A stretch of DNA of 62,741 bases, filler included, from Klebsormidium nitens (taxonomy: Eukaryota; Plantae; Klebsormidiophyceae), in assembly GCA_000708835.1 (NCBI GenBank). It is 6 parts of 6 records of this genome, joined end to end, with 100 filler letters (N's around TTAATTAATTAA, not from the genome) between each part and the next. Parts side by side here need not be neighbours in the genome. Positions count along the whole stretch, not along the records: positions 43,048 to 57,953 come from DF238028.1; 5 more parts are not named here. One strand, 5' to 3'. This document shows positions 44,540 through 57,065 of the stretch, in pieces. A model generated the notes under the pieces. That model made no database searches. It saw nothing but the letters and a program-made list of their open reading frames with translations, and was not told where the DNA came from. The position numbers and the translations under genes were made by a program. Positions within the stretch are counted from its first letter, which is position 1. The number at the start of each line of letters is the position of its first letter.

Positions 44540-45583
44540 TCAATCAGTGGATCCAGGAGGCATGCCTCTTCTCATCCTTTCAAATTCAGCTTGCATTCTC
44601 AACTTCATTTCCAGCATGGCCAGGTTGCTTGCCGCTTGCTGCTGCGCCGCCCTCTCTTGCGCCTCCGCCTTCTGCTGCGCCGCCCTTTCCTGTGCTTCAA
44701 TCTTAAGCTTTGCAATCTCTAACGCGCTGTTTGCACGATTTGCCTCTATCTTTTCCTCCAACTCGAAAGCCTTTGCCATAAACTCAGCCTGATTCTTACT
44801 ATACAGATCCAGGCTCCTCGACATTGCAGTGGTTCCACTTGGAGAAGCTTTGAAGAGTTTGTTTCCCCGCCCTTTACTGTTCAGCTGCCCGTTGACCCCT
44901 GCCTTTCCCGCATATTTTAGAGGACTGACCATCTTACAGTCATCCCCAGTCTCGTCTTCAGCTTCTAACATTGACGTCCGTTTTCTGCTCCCTCCCACAC
45001 TGTCTTCCACCTTGGATGCCTGTTCCGTAGAAGAGGGTTTCTCAGAGGGAGTTTCTTTGTTGTTGACTTGCTCGTCATCGTTTTGTGCCTCCTCGGGAAC
45101 CCAACCTGGGTCCCTCATGCCCTCTTGCTCGAACTCTTCTTCTTCAGAACTCCGCCGCGGTGGAGAAGGAACTTTCTCCACCCCGCTGTCAACTGCCCCT
45201 GGAATACCTGAAACCTTTGGCAACTTTCTGAGATAAGGGCCAAGGCGCTCAAAATGCACCCATGAGCTGTTGACTGAGCCTGTGCTGGTCTTCTTTCCAA
45301 ACTCGGTGGTGTACCTCTTCTTTAGACTGTCTATCTTTGACTTGCATTGCTGCACAGTGAAGTGCTGCTCATCCTCTTTCAAGAGCTTATTGATATCGTC
45401 TGTTATGGACTTCCAATTGTGCTTTGCAAAATTGCCCTGTTCAATTCTTACAAACTCTGTGCCCCAAAGGTCAATGAAGCGTTCCTCCATGATCACACTC
45501 CAAACAGCAGGAGCAGCCTTGCTCTCTGGTGGAATTTCTGCTACAGCAGCGGGAGCGTCTGCTCCTGCGGTCACAGCCGCCAT
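44540..45583 (-). CDS. Myb/SANT-like (trihelix) DNA-binding partner of Harbinger #3
   Basis: WSVIMEERFIDLW...NWKSITDDIN...TVQQCKSKIDSLKKRY...SWVHFERL, with a C-terminal coiled coil. Likely start is MAAVTAG at 45583. Confidence 0.88.
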   Translation of the reverse strand: MAAVTAGADAPAAVAEIPPESKAAPAVWSVIMEERFIDLWGTEFVRIEQGNFAKHNWKSITDDINKLLKEDEQHFTVQQCKSKIDSLKKRYTTEFGKKTSTGSVNSSWVHFERLGPYLRKLPKVSGIPGAVDSGVEKVPSPPRRSSEEEEFEQEGMRDPGWVPEEAQNDDEQVNNKETPSEKPSSTEQASKVEDSVGGSRKRTSMLEAEDETGDDCKMVSPLKYAGKAGVNGQLNSKGRGNKLFKASPSGTTAMSRSLDLYSKNQAEFMAKAFELEEKIEANRANSALEIAKLKIEAQERAAQQKAEAQERAAQQQAASNLAMLEMKLRMQAEFERMRRGMPPGSTD

Positions 45584-46547
45584 AGCTGGCAGATCCTGGC
45601 ACAGCCTGGCAGCTCGCCCTTCCTGAAGTTCGCCTAGAAAACCAGATTCAGATCTACAAAAGCGTTCCCTTCTGGCCACTTCGATGGGCAACTGGAGCAA
45701 TTCTTGCGGCAGTCTTGGCCGCAGTCCAGCCCAAGCCTGATTTTCCTGGGAATCTGAGGTCGTCCGACAACTGCCACGTAGGCGGACGGAAGTCAACGAC
45801 CGTCGACAACGACAAAAGTATGGCGAAAAAGTTCTGGCCGCCGTCGACGGCCAGAATGACCTGAAACGTCGAAAACAGACCAACGGGAGTCGGTTTTCAG
45901 TCATGTGTGATCGCTGTATGAGTGGGAGTCGGGATCGTTCAATAAATTCAAAGTTCAAAACGCGCTGCAAAATCTCGTATAATCGCATCGTACGATCAGC
46001 GGCACTCCGAGAGTCTCCGATGCGTTATCGGACGGCGAGTGGAGGTAAGAATGGCATGACGTCATAACGATTGTTAAGACCAGTATTTAATTGAAATTGA
46101 ATACAGCCATCGGTCAATAATTGCAGTACTCCTTCCTGTACATACGTTATGTACACAAGTACGGTATCGCGTGCTCATCTGGCACCTGCTATCCTGGGTA
46201 TGATTAGCTGCTGCTATGCATGCTGCTGCAGCATGCATCCATGGTCGATCCTTTGCGTATGACTCTGAGCTTTTGGTGAACCTGAACGGTCATTCCAAGG
46301 TGGTGGTCACTTGTTGCAAATTTGACATTGTTCCATGAGGTTCTCCCTGGCGTTGAAAATTGGAAGCGCTAGCCTGCTCAAGTTGGATTCGGAGCCGACC
46401 GCTGGCGTTCGTTCCTTACGCGTTGTCAATTCATCTAGCTGACGGAAAGCCCCCCTCAAGGCACGGGGCTTTGCATCCTTGAGATACCTCATCACCATTG
46501 TTCCGGCTAATTGCCCTGAGACGGCCGCAGGTTGAGGGTGTACCAAA

Positions 46548-49500
46548 ATGCAGGCAAACACCATGGCTCAGTCATGTGCCCCCCATAGCTTCTGTCCTCC
46601 TCAGAGATTGGACCTTACCCAGACGCGCTCTTCTCTTTGTTCTGAGAATTCCCCATTCTGGAAGAGTGAGCTATTAATGTGGCCATGCAAACAACGTGCT
46701 GGCAGGAACATGAGCACCTTGTTCCCAGCGCTTCGCTTTGCCAGTGAGCACGTCAAAAGGAGGGGTCAGAGCTGCATTAGAGCAGAAGCTAACAATGGCC
46801 AGGGAAGAGGCCAGGTAATGTGCGCCGGTGGCCTCAGTATGGGAGAGAGGTCAGAAGAACGGATGCGTAATTCAGGACCGGCAGCTAAAGAGGCCAATCC
46901 AAAGTGCAATGCAATGCAATTGCAGCATGCGGAGAGGGAGTGCGGTCCAGCTCAATGCAAAGATTACAAGGTGAGCTGAGGATTGGCAGCTCATAGCGGA
47001 AAGGGCAACTCTTGGGTGAACCGGGTGCAGGCATGAGACCACGATGCTCACAGTGAACGCTGGCTCAGACAATTTGCATGCCAGTATCTCAACAGCCAAC
47101 AGGCTAGCTCTTTCAACTGGTCCGCGGACTAGCACTGACAGACAGAGGGTGGCCGTCTGTCGTCATTTGCCGCCAGAATTCTTTCTTGCCAGGACTCAGC
47201 ATAGCTGCTTCTTATACCCCAGCAATCATGCCTTGGCTGGTAAGGCGGCTCTCAAGCCCTTTCAACACTAGGAGACTTACCGCAGTCCACTTGTCACTTG
47301 CAGCGCTGGAGCCTTCTTGACTGGGGCCGGCTGCTGGGGGCGGTTGCCATTGGAGTGGTGCTGTCGTTGCAGGTCCCAGTGGCTGGAGGGGGGAGGGGGC
47401 AGCACGCCCTGGCAGCGTCTACGGCAAGTGTACGGCTTCGCAGCCACAAACTTGTACAGATTACCCCCTCAAAGCCAACACACTTTTCCATTCTGTAACC
47501 CCCTCACAGCCACACGCTTTTTAGATTTATTTACCCCCTCAAAAGTGGAAAGTCCATGTTTGGGAGTTGGGCAAGTTTCTGGTGGATGATGGAGGAAGGG
47601 ACGCTCCTGGTGAGCAATTGGTCAATGAACGTGGTCAATAAACCTACAGTGTGTTTGGGACTGTGACGGAGGACCCTTTTGCACCTCCCTTGATGGTAAG
47701 TTGCGGTTACAGCCCAACTGATTAGGTCAGCAATGTCGGGGCTCAACTTTTGACTGGTGCAGAGTTTTGCGGGTATGAATGACATGGGCAACATTTGCAG
47801 CGGGTCGGGGCATTACGGTGCTCAATTCTGCATCTTACCATCCTTCTGGAGTATGCACGATTGCACCAGACCTGCCTGGCCATGCTCGCTTACGTCCTGC
47901 AGTGGTTGTTGCCATCAATTTGCTGGCGAGCCACATCCTGACTGAATCCTTCCAGGTAGCACTGTAACAGAAAGTGTGTACGAGGAAATGTGTTTCTGAC
48001 ATTTTACAATACTCTTCAAGCACAGCTGATGTTCACATCATCCAGGATGGCTACGGGTATCAGATGGTGGCAACCATCTAGAAAGAGGCAAAACTTCAAC
48101 AGCCCGACGGATGTGCAGAATGTTGAAGCCTTTGAAATATCCGGGTCTAAATCAAATCCTCGTGAACTGCATGAGACGTGAAGAAACGTCCCCCCACCCC
48201 GCTTCAATTGCAGTATCGTGCCACGCCATTTCGTCCTTCCGGTCCGCTTACTGCGCTGCCAAAGAGTCCGTACTTTGAATCCATCGATAAACCAACCATA
48301 TCAAGAAACTGACCCTCCATTGACACTCCTGATCTGTCTCCAGGTGAGTAGCCGCTTTGTCCAGATCCCCATCCAGCGCGCTCCTCTCAAGATGGACAAA
48401 GGCGACATCACGCTGGGCGAGCGGGCGATCTACCTCCTGGACTACTTCTACTCCACGGAACCCTGGTCCAAGGTGAGCGCGGGCACCTTATTCTAAAACT
48501 GCAGTGAACCCTGTTGTTGTCCTTGACAAGATTTGGGCTGAGTTCTAGACGTGAGCTTCCTCATTGGAAGGAGGCTTGTCTGGCTGGCCATGTTGCCGTG
48601 CTGGTGGTTAGTTCTCGGCATTGCTTCTGTCAAGTGAATTTCCATAAGCAGTCAGGGGCTGCCTTCTGGAAGGTTCTCAAATCCGAGATCACAGGAAAGG
48701 CTCATTGTTATCGACCTTCACATTTACAAGCAGGACTACCATCGTGACTGTCTTGCATCTCCTGACATGACTGGTCCGCCTACGATTTCATAGCCGTTAA
48801 AGCTATTGAGTTCCTGCTCTTGACTGCAGACCCTAATTCTGCTCGTCATCACGGGCCTGCTGACGACGATCGGCGGAATGGCCTACTACAACGTGGCGCG
48901 TGAGGACCCAGAGGGTTCGAAGGACTTCCGAGAAGCGTTCTGGGCCTCCTGGACCTTCGTCGCTGACCCTGGAACACACGCCGGGGAGGTGGGCTGATAT
49001 TGCGCTCGAGCGAAGTTCAAAGTTTCAAGCGCTTGTCTTCCTGAGAGCCATAAAAAGTTGACGAGTAATCCATCTGGATAGGAACCTGCAGATCTGTCTG
49101 CTCAGAAGTGCTTCGTCTCTGTCTGTGACATGCTGATCTTCTTCTGCTGCCTTTCTCTGTCCTGGCACCAGTCAGTCGCCTGAGCATACCCCCAGTTACA
49201 ATACCGCAAACTCATTTTTCAAGTTGGCCAACGAGATTGTGACGCGTGTACAGGCTTTTCGGCTCGACGCAGGGACTCAGTGATCAGTAGGGTTCCGTTC
49301 TTCTCTTTGCCATCGAAAGTTCGACAAGCCAGCGTTGCCGGACATTCATTTCGCGCCTTTTCTTTGCAGGACACGTGGCAGAAGCGGCTCGTGGCGGTGC
49401 CGCTGACCATTGGCGGCATGCTGTTCTTCGCGTTGCTGATCGGACTCGTGTCGGACGCCGTCAGCAGCAAAGTGGACGGCCTGCAAAAGGGGGCGAGCAT

Positions 49501-52500
49501 CGTCATCGAGAAGCACCACACCCTAGTCGTCGGTGAGCCGTGCACCTTCTTGCAGGCGTCTAGAGCTTTAAGCTTTCAGACTTCTACGCTCGACTCTGAA
49601 ATGTCTGGCAAATCGAGGGCCGAGGGCAAAAGTCTGGTGGCTGCAAAGCTCAAAAAGAGAGCCCCGCGAATGATAGCACCACGATGACAATGCTACGCGG
49701 ATTGAGACCCTTCGATTGACCTGATAATTATACCGACAACTTTTCATCGCCTGGACAAACGCCGAGCGTCTATACGGACTGACGCACCTCAAAGCCGCCG
49801 ACAAGAGTCCGTCGTAAGGAGAGACATTCGTCAAAAGTGTCCAAGTGACGAGTAACTCTGCGGCATGCTAAGCGTTCGAGGATCTCCAAGCATGACCAGT
49901 AGCGGTACTGTGGGTTTCAGGAAGGTAACAGCTGTCTTCCTCAAACTTGGCCCCCCGATTCAAGCTTTGAACTCTAGTCCGTCGTCTCGAGCCGTTGGTT
50001 GCCAGGCCCGTCGTCAATCCCACGTTCCAGGACCAGAACCATGCTCCGGAAGTCTGAGAACCCAATGGCAACTAGACGCGAACAGCTGTGGATTGTTTCA
50101 CTTTGAACGATTGCCCCGCGGCACGCAGGGTGGACTCCGAAGACGGTTCCGCTGGTGGAGGCGCTGTCGATCGCCAACACGGACCGGAAGCACAAGAAGA
50201 CGATCGTGGTGCTGGGCGAGAAGGAGAAGGAGGACATGGACGCGGAACTGCTCGACAGCATCCCCGTCAGCGCACGCGGCGGAACCAAGGTGGGCACCGG
50301 AGCTCGAGATTTTGGGATTCGGGTTGAGAGGATGCTTGGGCTGTCACTCGTCGCTTATACTAAAATAGAATCTATACCATGAGTCTGTTCTCTTTGCGTC
50401 GAGAAAACCTAGAGAATGCTCGGCTTCTGCTGGGCAGTAGTGCCAGGGGTCGTTTTTGCAATCTGCATTTCTCCTTGCAGTATCTTTGTGCGTCTCTAAA
50501 CTACTAAGGGTTTTTGACTATTCTACAGTAGCCTGGAAGGCGATTATCCTGCTCTGCTCCTGCTTGTTTCAGCTCATGTTTTTCGACACGGGCGGGCGAG
50601 CTGCTGAATCCTGATCGGGGCAATCAGACGGCATATCTTTGACCCAATATGTAGAGCAGAGACTTTAACCAACGGCGATGTTCTACGTTCTTGTGCGGAA
50701 ACAGGCGCCGTAAACCATTATAAGTGACTACGAAAATTGTTGAAGGCATCCTGATGCAGTTGTCTCTCAATCCTCGCTTGAGTCGTGAAACCCTTGAGCT
50801 TTCGAATGAGAAGTCACATGTCAAAGATGGGAAGGTCAAAACCCGTTGCACCGTCACAATAAAGGGGCCAAGGTCTCTAAGACGCACGCAGCTTTGCCTT
50901 AGCGTATGGTTCACACAGCCAGTCAGATGTGAGAGCTTTGCATTCAGCACAGAGCGTCGGTGATCTCAGCCTGACGTTATGCAGGTCATCAGCCGGCAGG
51001 GAGTGGCCACGTCGCTGGAGGACCTGCGGCGGTGTTCGGCCGACGGGGCTTCGTCGATCGTGGTTCTCTCGCCTACGGGGGGGAGCCAGAACCCGGACAG
51101 AGTGGATGCAGAGGTAACGGCCGACGATTACAACTCGGAGTTGGACTCCTTTTGACCCTTTGATCGGTCTCCAGACGAAGAATTTCTTGGACGAACAGCG
51201 CACCCGGAAAAGCAAGGTCTTTGTCGGTCTCGGGGCAGTTAAAGAGTCGGATTCACTGCATCCTGTGACTAATCAACGTCCTGCAAAGGCAGCATATTTT
51301 TATTTTGCGGATAGCCCATCTCGAGCCTGTTTTGCAACAGGTGTCAGCGCTTGAGCCCTGCGACCTTTCTCAGTGTGAAGGGCTTGCTCTGCAACTCGCT
51401 CGAGATTGAGTACTCTCTCACATTCACAAGACGCTTAGTTCAAATAAGCCCTACCCAGACCCCAAAGATTCATCTCTACGGGTCACGTTTAACACCAGGG
51501 ACGGCTTGTCCAGTAACTTTTACCCGGCACCTGTTACTCGGCTGATCCCCTCCTAAACCCTTTATCCAATCCTGAGGTTCGGAACGATATCTCAGATCGA
51601 TCCTCGAAGCTTAGACTCTGAAACCCTGTTTCCTACGTTTCCGCAGGTCCTGCAGACGTGCCTGGTGCTCGCGCACCTGCCCAACATGCACGCCAACATC
51701 ATCGCGGAGTTTGCTGAGCTGGACAACGTCGAGATCCTCAAAGAGATGCACAGGACGCTCGTCAAAAAGTCGCCCATCGCGGCGCTGCCAGAGGGCAAGG
51801 AGAGCGCCGTTCCGGCGGAACCGAGCCTGGAGGAGGACGGAAACGGAAGCGCCAAGGGGCGGTCCCGGAAGATGGTCCCAATCGCGGCTGGTGACGTGGC
51901 GTCGCGCATGCTGGTATACAGAGCACTGGAGCCGGATCTTGCGTTTGCGATGGACGAGTTGCTGACGTTCGAGAAGAACGAGTTCCGCTTCAAGGAGTGG
52001 TGAGTGCCGGATTGTTTCTTCACGAGAAGGAAGCTTTCTAAAATCCAACGAAGTCGGGTGCACGGGACGTTTATGGAAAGATTTAAGTTGCGGTCGTAGC
52101 TACTTTACGGACGCGGTTCAACGACTCTGCACATGCGTATCTTGAAGCTTCAGGGGGGACCTGAGAAGAGCAAACACAAAGTACGTCCTTCTGGTCGTGT
52201 GTGAAGGTCTTCCGAGGATCCCCAGAGGTCAATAGCAGCATCTGCCGTCTGCAGGCGGCTTGCCGTATAGAACGCAGCTGCGCCGAACAACTTGCCTTGG
52301 AATGCACCTTAAGATCTGCTCTTAAGCACTGCTGTCTGAACTGCCCTGGTTCTAACGACCTGCCTTCGGTCCGGACTCAAACACGGGGAAACGTCGTGCT
52401 CTCACAATCGCTTATGTGAGCGTCACTGAAGTACTTTAATAAAGAGATCTCTTTTGCTGCTGCAACGCAGAAAGCCTGCTATTCTTGGAGCCGTGACTCA

Positions 52501-55500
52501 GGAGGCGTGTAAACCTGAATCAACAGGATCTGACCTTGAACTGCTGAACCAAGAATCGGTCACTCCTTTCATGATAACCTAGCCGGCGTCCTTCTTCCGT
52601 TGAGGCTCTAAATCAGGAATATACGCGGCAGGAAGGATAACTCGTCCCCTCTCTGGTGGGATGAGTGTCGGATTCTGGGGAAGGTACGGGTTCCGAGCGG
52701 ATCCAACCTTAAGCCTATGTATTCGGTGTTAGTAGGGAGCTTATCAGTTTTGGTTCTTGTAATCAGACCGCCATTTTCTTTCAGGCCGGAGTTGGTCGGC
52801 AAGACGTTTGCTGAGGCCGTGTTCATGTTCAAGGACGCCATCCCGTGTGGCCTGCGGCGGCGCCACGTGTCCGATTATGGGCGGCGCAAGATCCTCGTCA
52901 ACCCGGCCCCGGACACGGTCATCGAGGCGAGTTACCCATCCATCTTTCAAATGCTCAAAAGCCATTCCCTCGAATAAATGGAATTGAGTCTGCCATCAAA
53001 CGCCGGAAGACGTGCCGTGAAGGAGTTTCGCAGCAACGGTTGTCTGGCCTGTCCCCAAGCATATGTCAGAAGCTCGAGAGGCAAGTGTTTGCGCGCTAGT
53101 TCGCCGATTTCCGTCGTTGCTTTCATTCCAAAGTAGAAGGCCTCAAAGTAGAGGGCGTTGCGAGACGTGTCACACACGGCGACTGCATGCCCCAATTATC
53201 ACCCTTGCAGGCGCTCGAAAAGCCACGTGGGTCAGGATCACAGCGACAGGCAGTCGATATATAAATCGCAGTCTGTATGCCTCTAATCCACGTAAGGCAG
53301 ACGCCCTTCCTGACCCTCGAATCGAAATAAGAATTGAAGTGCAGAAGGGCGACCGTTTGCTGGTGATCTCGCGCGGCGACGACACGTATCGGCCGGGCGC
53401 AAGCGAACAGCCGGGCCCGATCGGACTGCTGCAGCCATCGAAAGAGAAGTTCCAGCCGTATACCAAGCTGCTGCTGTGTGGCTGGAAGAACGACATGTAC
53501 GATCTACTCAGTCTCCTAGATTGCATCGCTGCGCCAGGTGAGGGCGGCCAGATGATTTCAGGCTCTTATAGTTTCTCGTGTGCGATACTCTGCATGTGTC
53601 TAAGGTCTCAATCACAGATGTTGCTAAGCTTTTGCTGGGGAAGTTCTTTCAGTGTCTTATGTATGCGCCGGATCGACCAGTCTGTGGCCCGGTCGGCGCA
53701 GTGCTTGTCCACTCTTCTGCGTGATACGCTTTGATTACTTAGGTTGGCTTTTTAGCAACATTTCTTTTGAAGAAGGACAGGCTGCGGTATTATCCCATTG
53801 AAAGCCAGTGCCTGTCTCTTTTCGCAATCGAGAGCGAATGAGCTAGCCATCAATTTTAATTGCTTCTTTCTCTTTTTTTCACAAGCCTGGCGAATAACGG
53901 GAAAGCGTCACTGTGTTGATCAGCAGCCACGTGTCTTGTATTCTGACGTCAGCGGCTTGCGTTTCCGCGCAGGCAGCGAGGTCCACATGATGTCGGAAGC
54001 GTCCAAGCACGCCCGGGAGCACGAGCTGGCCACGGGGCCCCGTCTCAAGAACCTCAAGATCAAGCAACGTGAGCTTTGCAGCTTCCGTTGTGCTGATCGC
54101 GGTCCGACAGGGCCTGGTGTTCTGGCGGCCTGGGACCTGCAAAATCTCTCCGTGGTTGGAACACCCGGCTGCGGGGAAGGTTCATTGCTTGCAAAAGGGT
54201 GGTGAATCTGGTTTGTCATTATGCGATGTTCCAGCTTTCTCCTTCATTGCCTCCAGTTCTGTGCGGCTTATTGTTGCACCCAAAGCTACGGCGTTTCAGC
54301 AAGAGTGAGACCAACACCAGACTGAGGGAGCGGAGACTGTCAGACGGTCTGGACGACTCGGATTTTAACGGCGATGTAAGACGCAGTCGTCGGCTTGTTT
54401 GTGCAGTGTACGGGAACCCCGGATCGCGGCAGGACCTGTGCTCGCTGCCGCTGGAGGAGTACGACCGGGTGATCCTGCTGACCAAGAGCGGTGGGGAGGA
54501 GACTTGTGTGAATAATCTCGACGTGTCCACCACCACCACGGCCATGTATATCCGCCACGCCCAGGTGCGCCAGTTCACACGCGATTCGTATTTGGTCGGT
54601 AAAACATGTTATGGAGATTCTTCTCGACAAAATAACATCAACAAGTTCTGTCCTAGTCTACTAAACGCAACAGTGGTCGGGCATACACTAATCAAGAAAA
54701 TGATGACGATCTCGACGATGATTATGGTCTCGACGTGGTGCCCCAGTTTCTACCCTCAACCCCGAAGCTAGCTAGGCACTCTCCTCTGCTCATAAGACCG
54801 TATCGGGAATGACTTCGCGACTGCTTGTGACAATCGCGTGTGCAACAGGTGGAGCAAACCGGGGTGCACCTTTGCTGTGGATTTACAATGATAAGCTTAG
54901 TTGCACTTGTGCCTGTTACCGCAACTGCCCATTAGCAAGTAGAGCAGGGGTGCAACATGGTTGTTAGCCGCTAACAAATTCCTGGTTCCAACCGTGCCTC
55001 AACGATGACAAGTGGAGCGCGACAACCCGGTTTTTTATCGCGTGATAACCGCGATCAGAGCCAGGATTTTTTTATTGTTATCTCAAATGTAACCCCGTTA
55101 TCCAGATGGAGCGCGACCATAAGATTGCACCAAAAGGTCTAAGCGCAGTACTTGACCTCAGCCGTGTGGTTCACGTATTTCTTCGTCTGCATGTGTTGCG
55201 TGGCCATCCCGGTGGCACCAAAAGGAATGACCCTAGCCTTAAGGGTGTGGTTAACCCTACCCCCCGGTTTGTAGGTGGAGCGCGGCTACCCGGGGTGCAC
55301 CATCGTGGCAGAGCTGCAGGCGGGGCAACTCCGTCGGTTTTGGAGCTGGTGCAAAAGGCCTGGCCACCCGGACTGCACCCAAAGGAATAACCACAATTCT
55401 GACCCTCACCTTAACCGTGTGCTTAGCCCCGGTTTGCAGGTGGAGCGCGGGAACCCCGGGTGCACCATCGTGGCGGAGCTGCGGGCGGGCAACTCGGACG

Positions 55501-57065
55501 GCCTGGAGCTCGTGCAAAAGGCGTGGCTCGACGACTATATCGTGCCCGGCGCCGTAAGCATGCTGGCCCGCGGAATGTTGCAGCGTGCATTTCCAGCAAT
55601 TTCTTTGGGCTGATTCGCTTGGCTGATTTGTGTCCGCCGTAAATTAGTGTTTGGGTGTCTAGGGTTCAGCTGCAGGAAAACCGACCTTTTTCGTGTTTTG
55701 TTGCCCGGAGGTCTTTGGGTTTCTTCTTTTTTTAGTTGATTGGCTGAAAAGAAGTGCGACAGCCTGGCACGACGTTGCAAAAAGGACCACCAACCATCGA
55801 ACAATTGTCACGTTCGGCCGTACTTCCTGCGTTTCGATGCTCCTTCGTTTCAGCTTCCTTGCAACCTCGGTGCCTAGACCTCACATCATTAAACTGGTTT
55901 CGCTTTGCTTTGTCGACGTATCCGCCACGGGTGGCTGGTTGCCGACAGGGAACCGCTTCTGAATCTCCTTTTCGTCATGTTGATAAGAGCTGGACTGAGG
56001 ACAGGCTATCGTGCAATCACGCCACTCGACAAAAATGGCCGCCGTCACTTCGCATCGTGCATCTGGTAGAACGTTCGAGGCTTTTCCTTCGCACAGTGTC
56101 GGATGGGGCCGGTTATCCAAGACCTTCCTACGTTCGTCACCGCGTATAGCCGCTGTCGAACCAAGCCTACCCTGTCCAATTGGAACGAAGCCAAACTTCT
56201 CCACATCAAAACACCGCTCGCATTATTGTATTTTCCGTTCCCTAGGTGGAGGCGCGCCTGCTGGCAAACCTGAAGCGAAAGACACAAGTCGCCGCGTAGC
56301 TCGAAGATCGGCGCTTTATGAAGTCATTGTACACTTTGAAGGGATTTATCCCTTTGAGGCACCGGCCTGACAATTATGGTTTTATTCCCCAGGTTGAGGC
56401 GCGCGTGCTGGCCAACCTGGCGGAAGACACGGACGTGGGCGCCGTTTTGGACGAGGTCGTCTCCGACTACGGCTCCAATTTGAACATGCAGCAAGCGTCA
56501 GCGTACGTGCGCCCGGGGGAAGTCGTTTCCTTCTTCGAGCTCCAGCGCCGGGCCATGGCGCAGAGGGACTTGGTGCTCGGGTATCGGAACCGGGCGGCAG
56601 GGGGGGAGTGGGTGCTCAACCCGCCGGAGAAGCACGCGCCGCTGCAGGTAAACTTTTGGTTTCGTGATTGATAAGCTCCATTAATGATGAGGTTATCCTA
56701 ACAAACCCCAATTCTAACCCCCACCATAACGAGCAAGTACACAGAGACAGTAGTTTTCTTCGATTTCAACCTTACCTGAACACCGAGGCTATCTCATGAA
56801 GGGATGACTTCTTTGAGTAATTGTCGCAGCAAAGAGTTGGCAAGCAGAAGCAAAGCGCGCCACATCCAGACTCCCAACAAGCGCCTGGGACTCTTATCTG
56901 GATCACCTTGGTTTGGACCTCTGTGTACCACTACAGCAGTTCAACCCCACCAGCCCCCCAGCGTTGAATCATCATCCATAGCATTGGATATTTAATGAAA
57001 GCGAGACTGTTTCGCTGCAGTGGACGGAGGAAGACCGCCTCGTGGTGCTCGACCGGGGGCTTTAG
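46548..57065 (+). CDS. CASTOR/POLLUX/DMI1-family cation channel, apparently intact; 5' exons uncertain
   Basis: Phase-consistent exons 48365-48472, 48830-48988, 49370-49532, 50129-50289, 50985-51113, 51647-51999, 52785-52926, 53345-53537, 53973-54068, 54407-54564, 55440-55553, 56393-56647, 57021-57065. Motifs are WASWTFVADPGTHA, GGMLFFALLIGLVSDAV, HTLVVGW, DAIPCG, GWKND and VLNPPEK. A possible first exon is 46548-46970. Confidence 0.9.
54849..55439 (+). repeat. Intronic degenerate copies of the acceptor + start of the downstream channel exon (VERGNPGCTIVAEL)
   Basis: AG|GTGGAGC...GGGGTGCACC-like copies at about 54849, 54938, 55013, 55106 and 55275 precede the real exon at 55440. Confidence 0.8.

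Larger units (their letters stand above)
43048..46080. mobile_element. PIF/Harbinger element #3 (nuclease + convergent Myb/SANT partner); termini not resolved
   Basis: Two tail-to-tail ORFs in the canonical Harbinger arrangement. The left end probably lies in the gap at 42948-43047. Confidence 0.8.

Noticed and set aside
45584-45988. N-terminal 135 aa of the 482-aa ORF 44540-45988
   Set aside because: It reads like open subterminal/promoter DNA. The Myb protein plausibly starts at ATG 45583.
42900-46090. TIR pair for Harbinger #3 (ACTGGT...TCGTT at about 42918 and 46070)
   Set aside because: The similarity is too weak and gapped; the true left end is probably in the gap.
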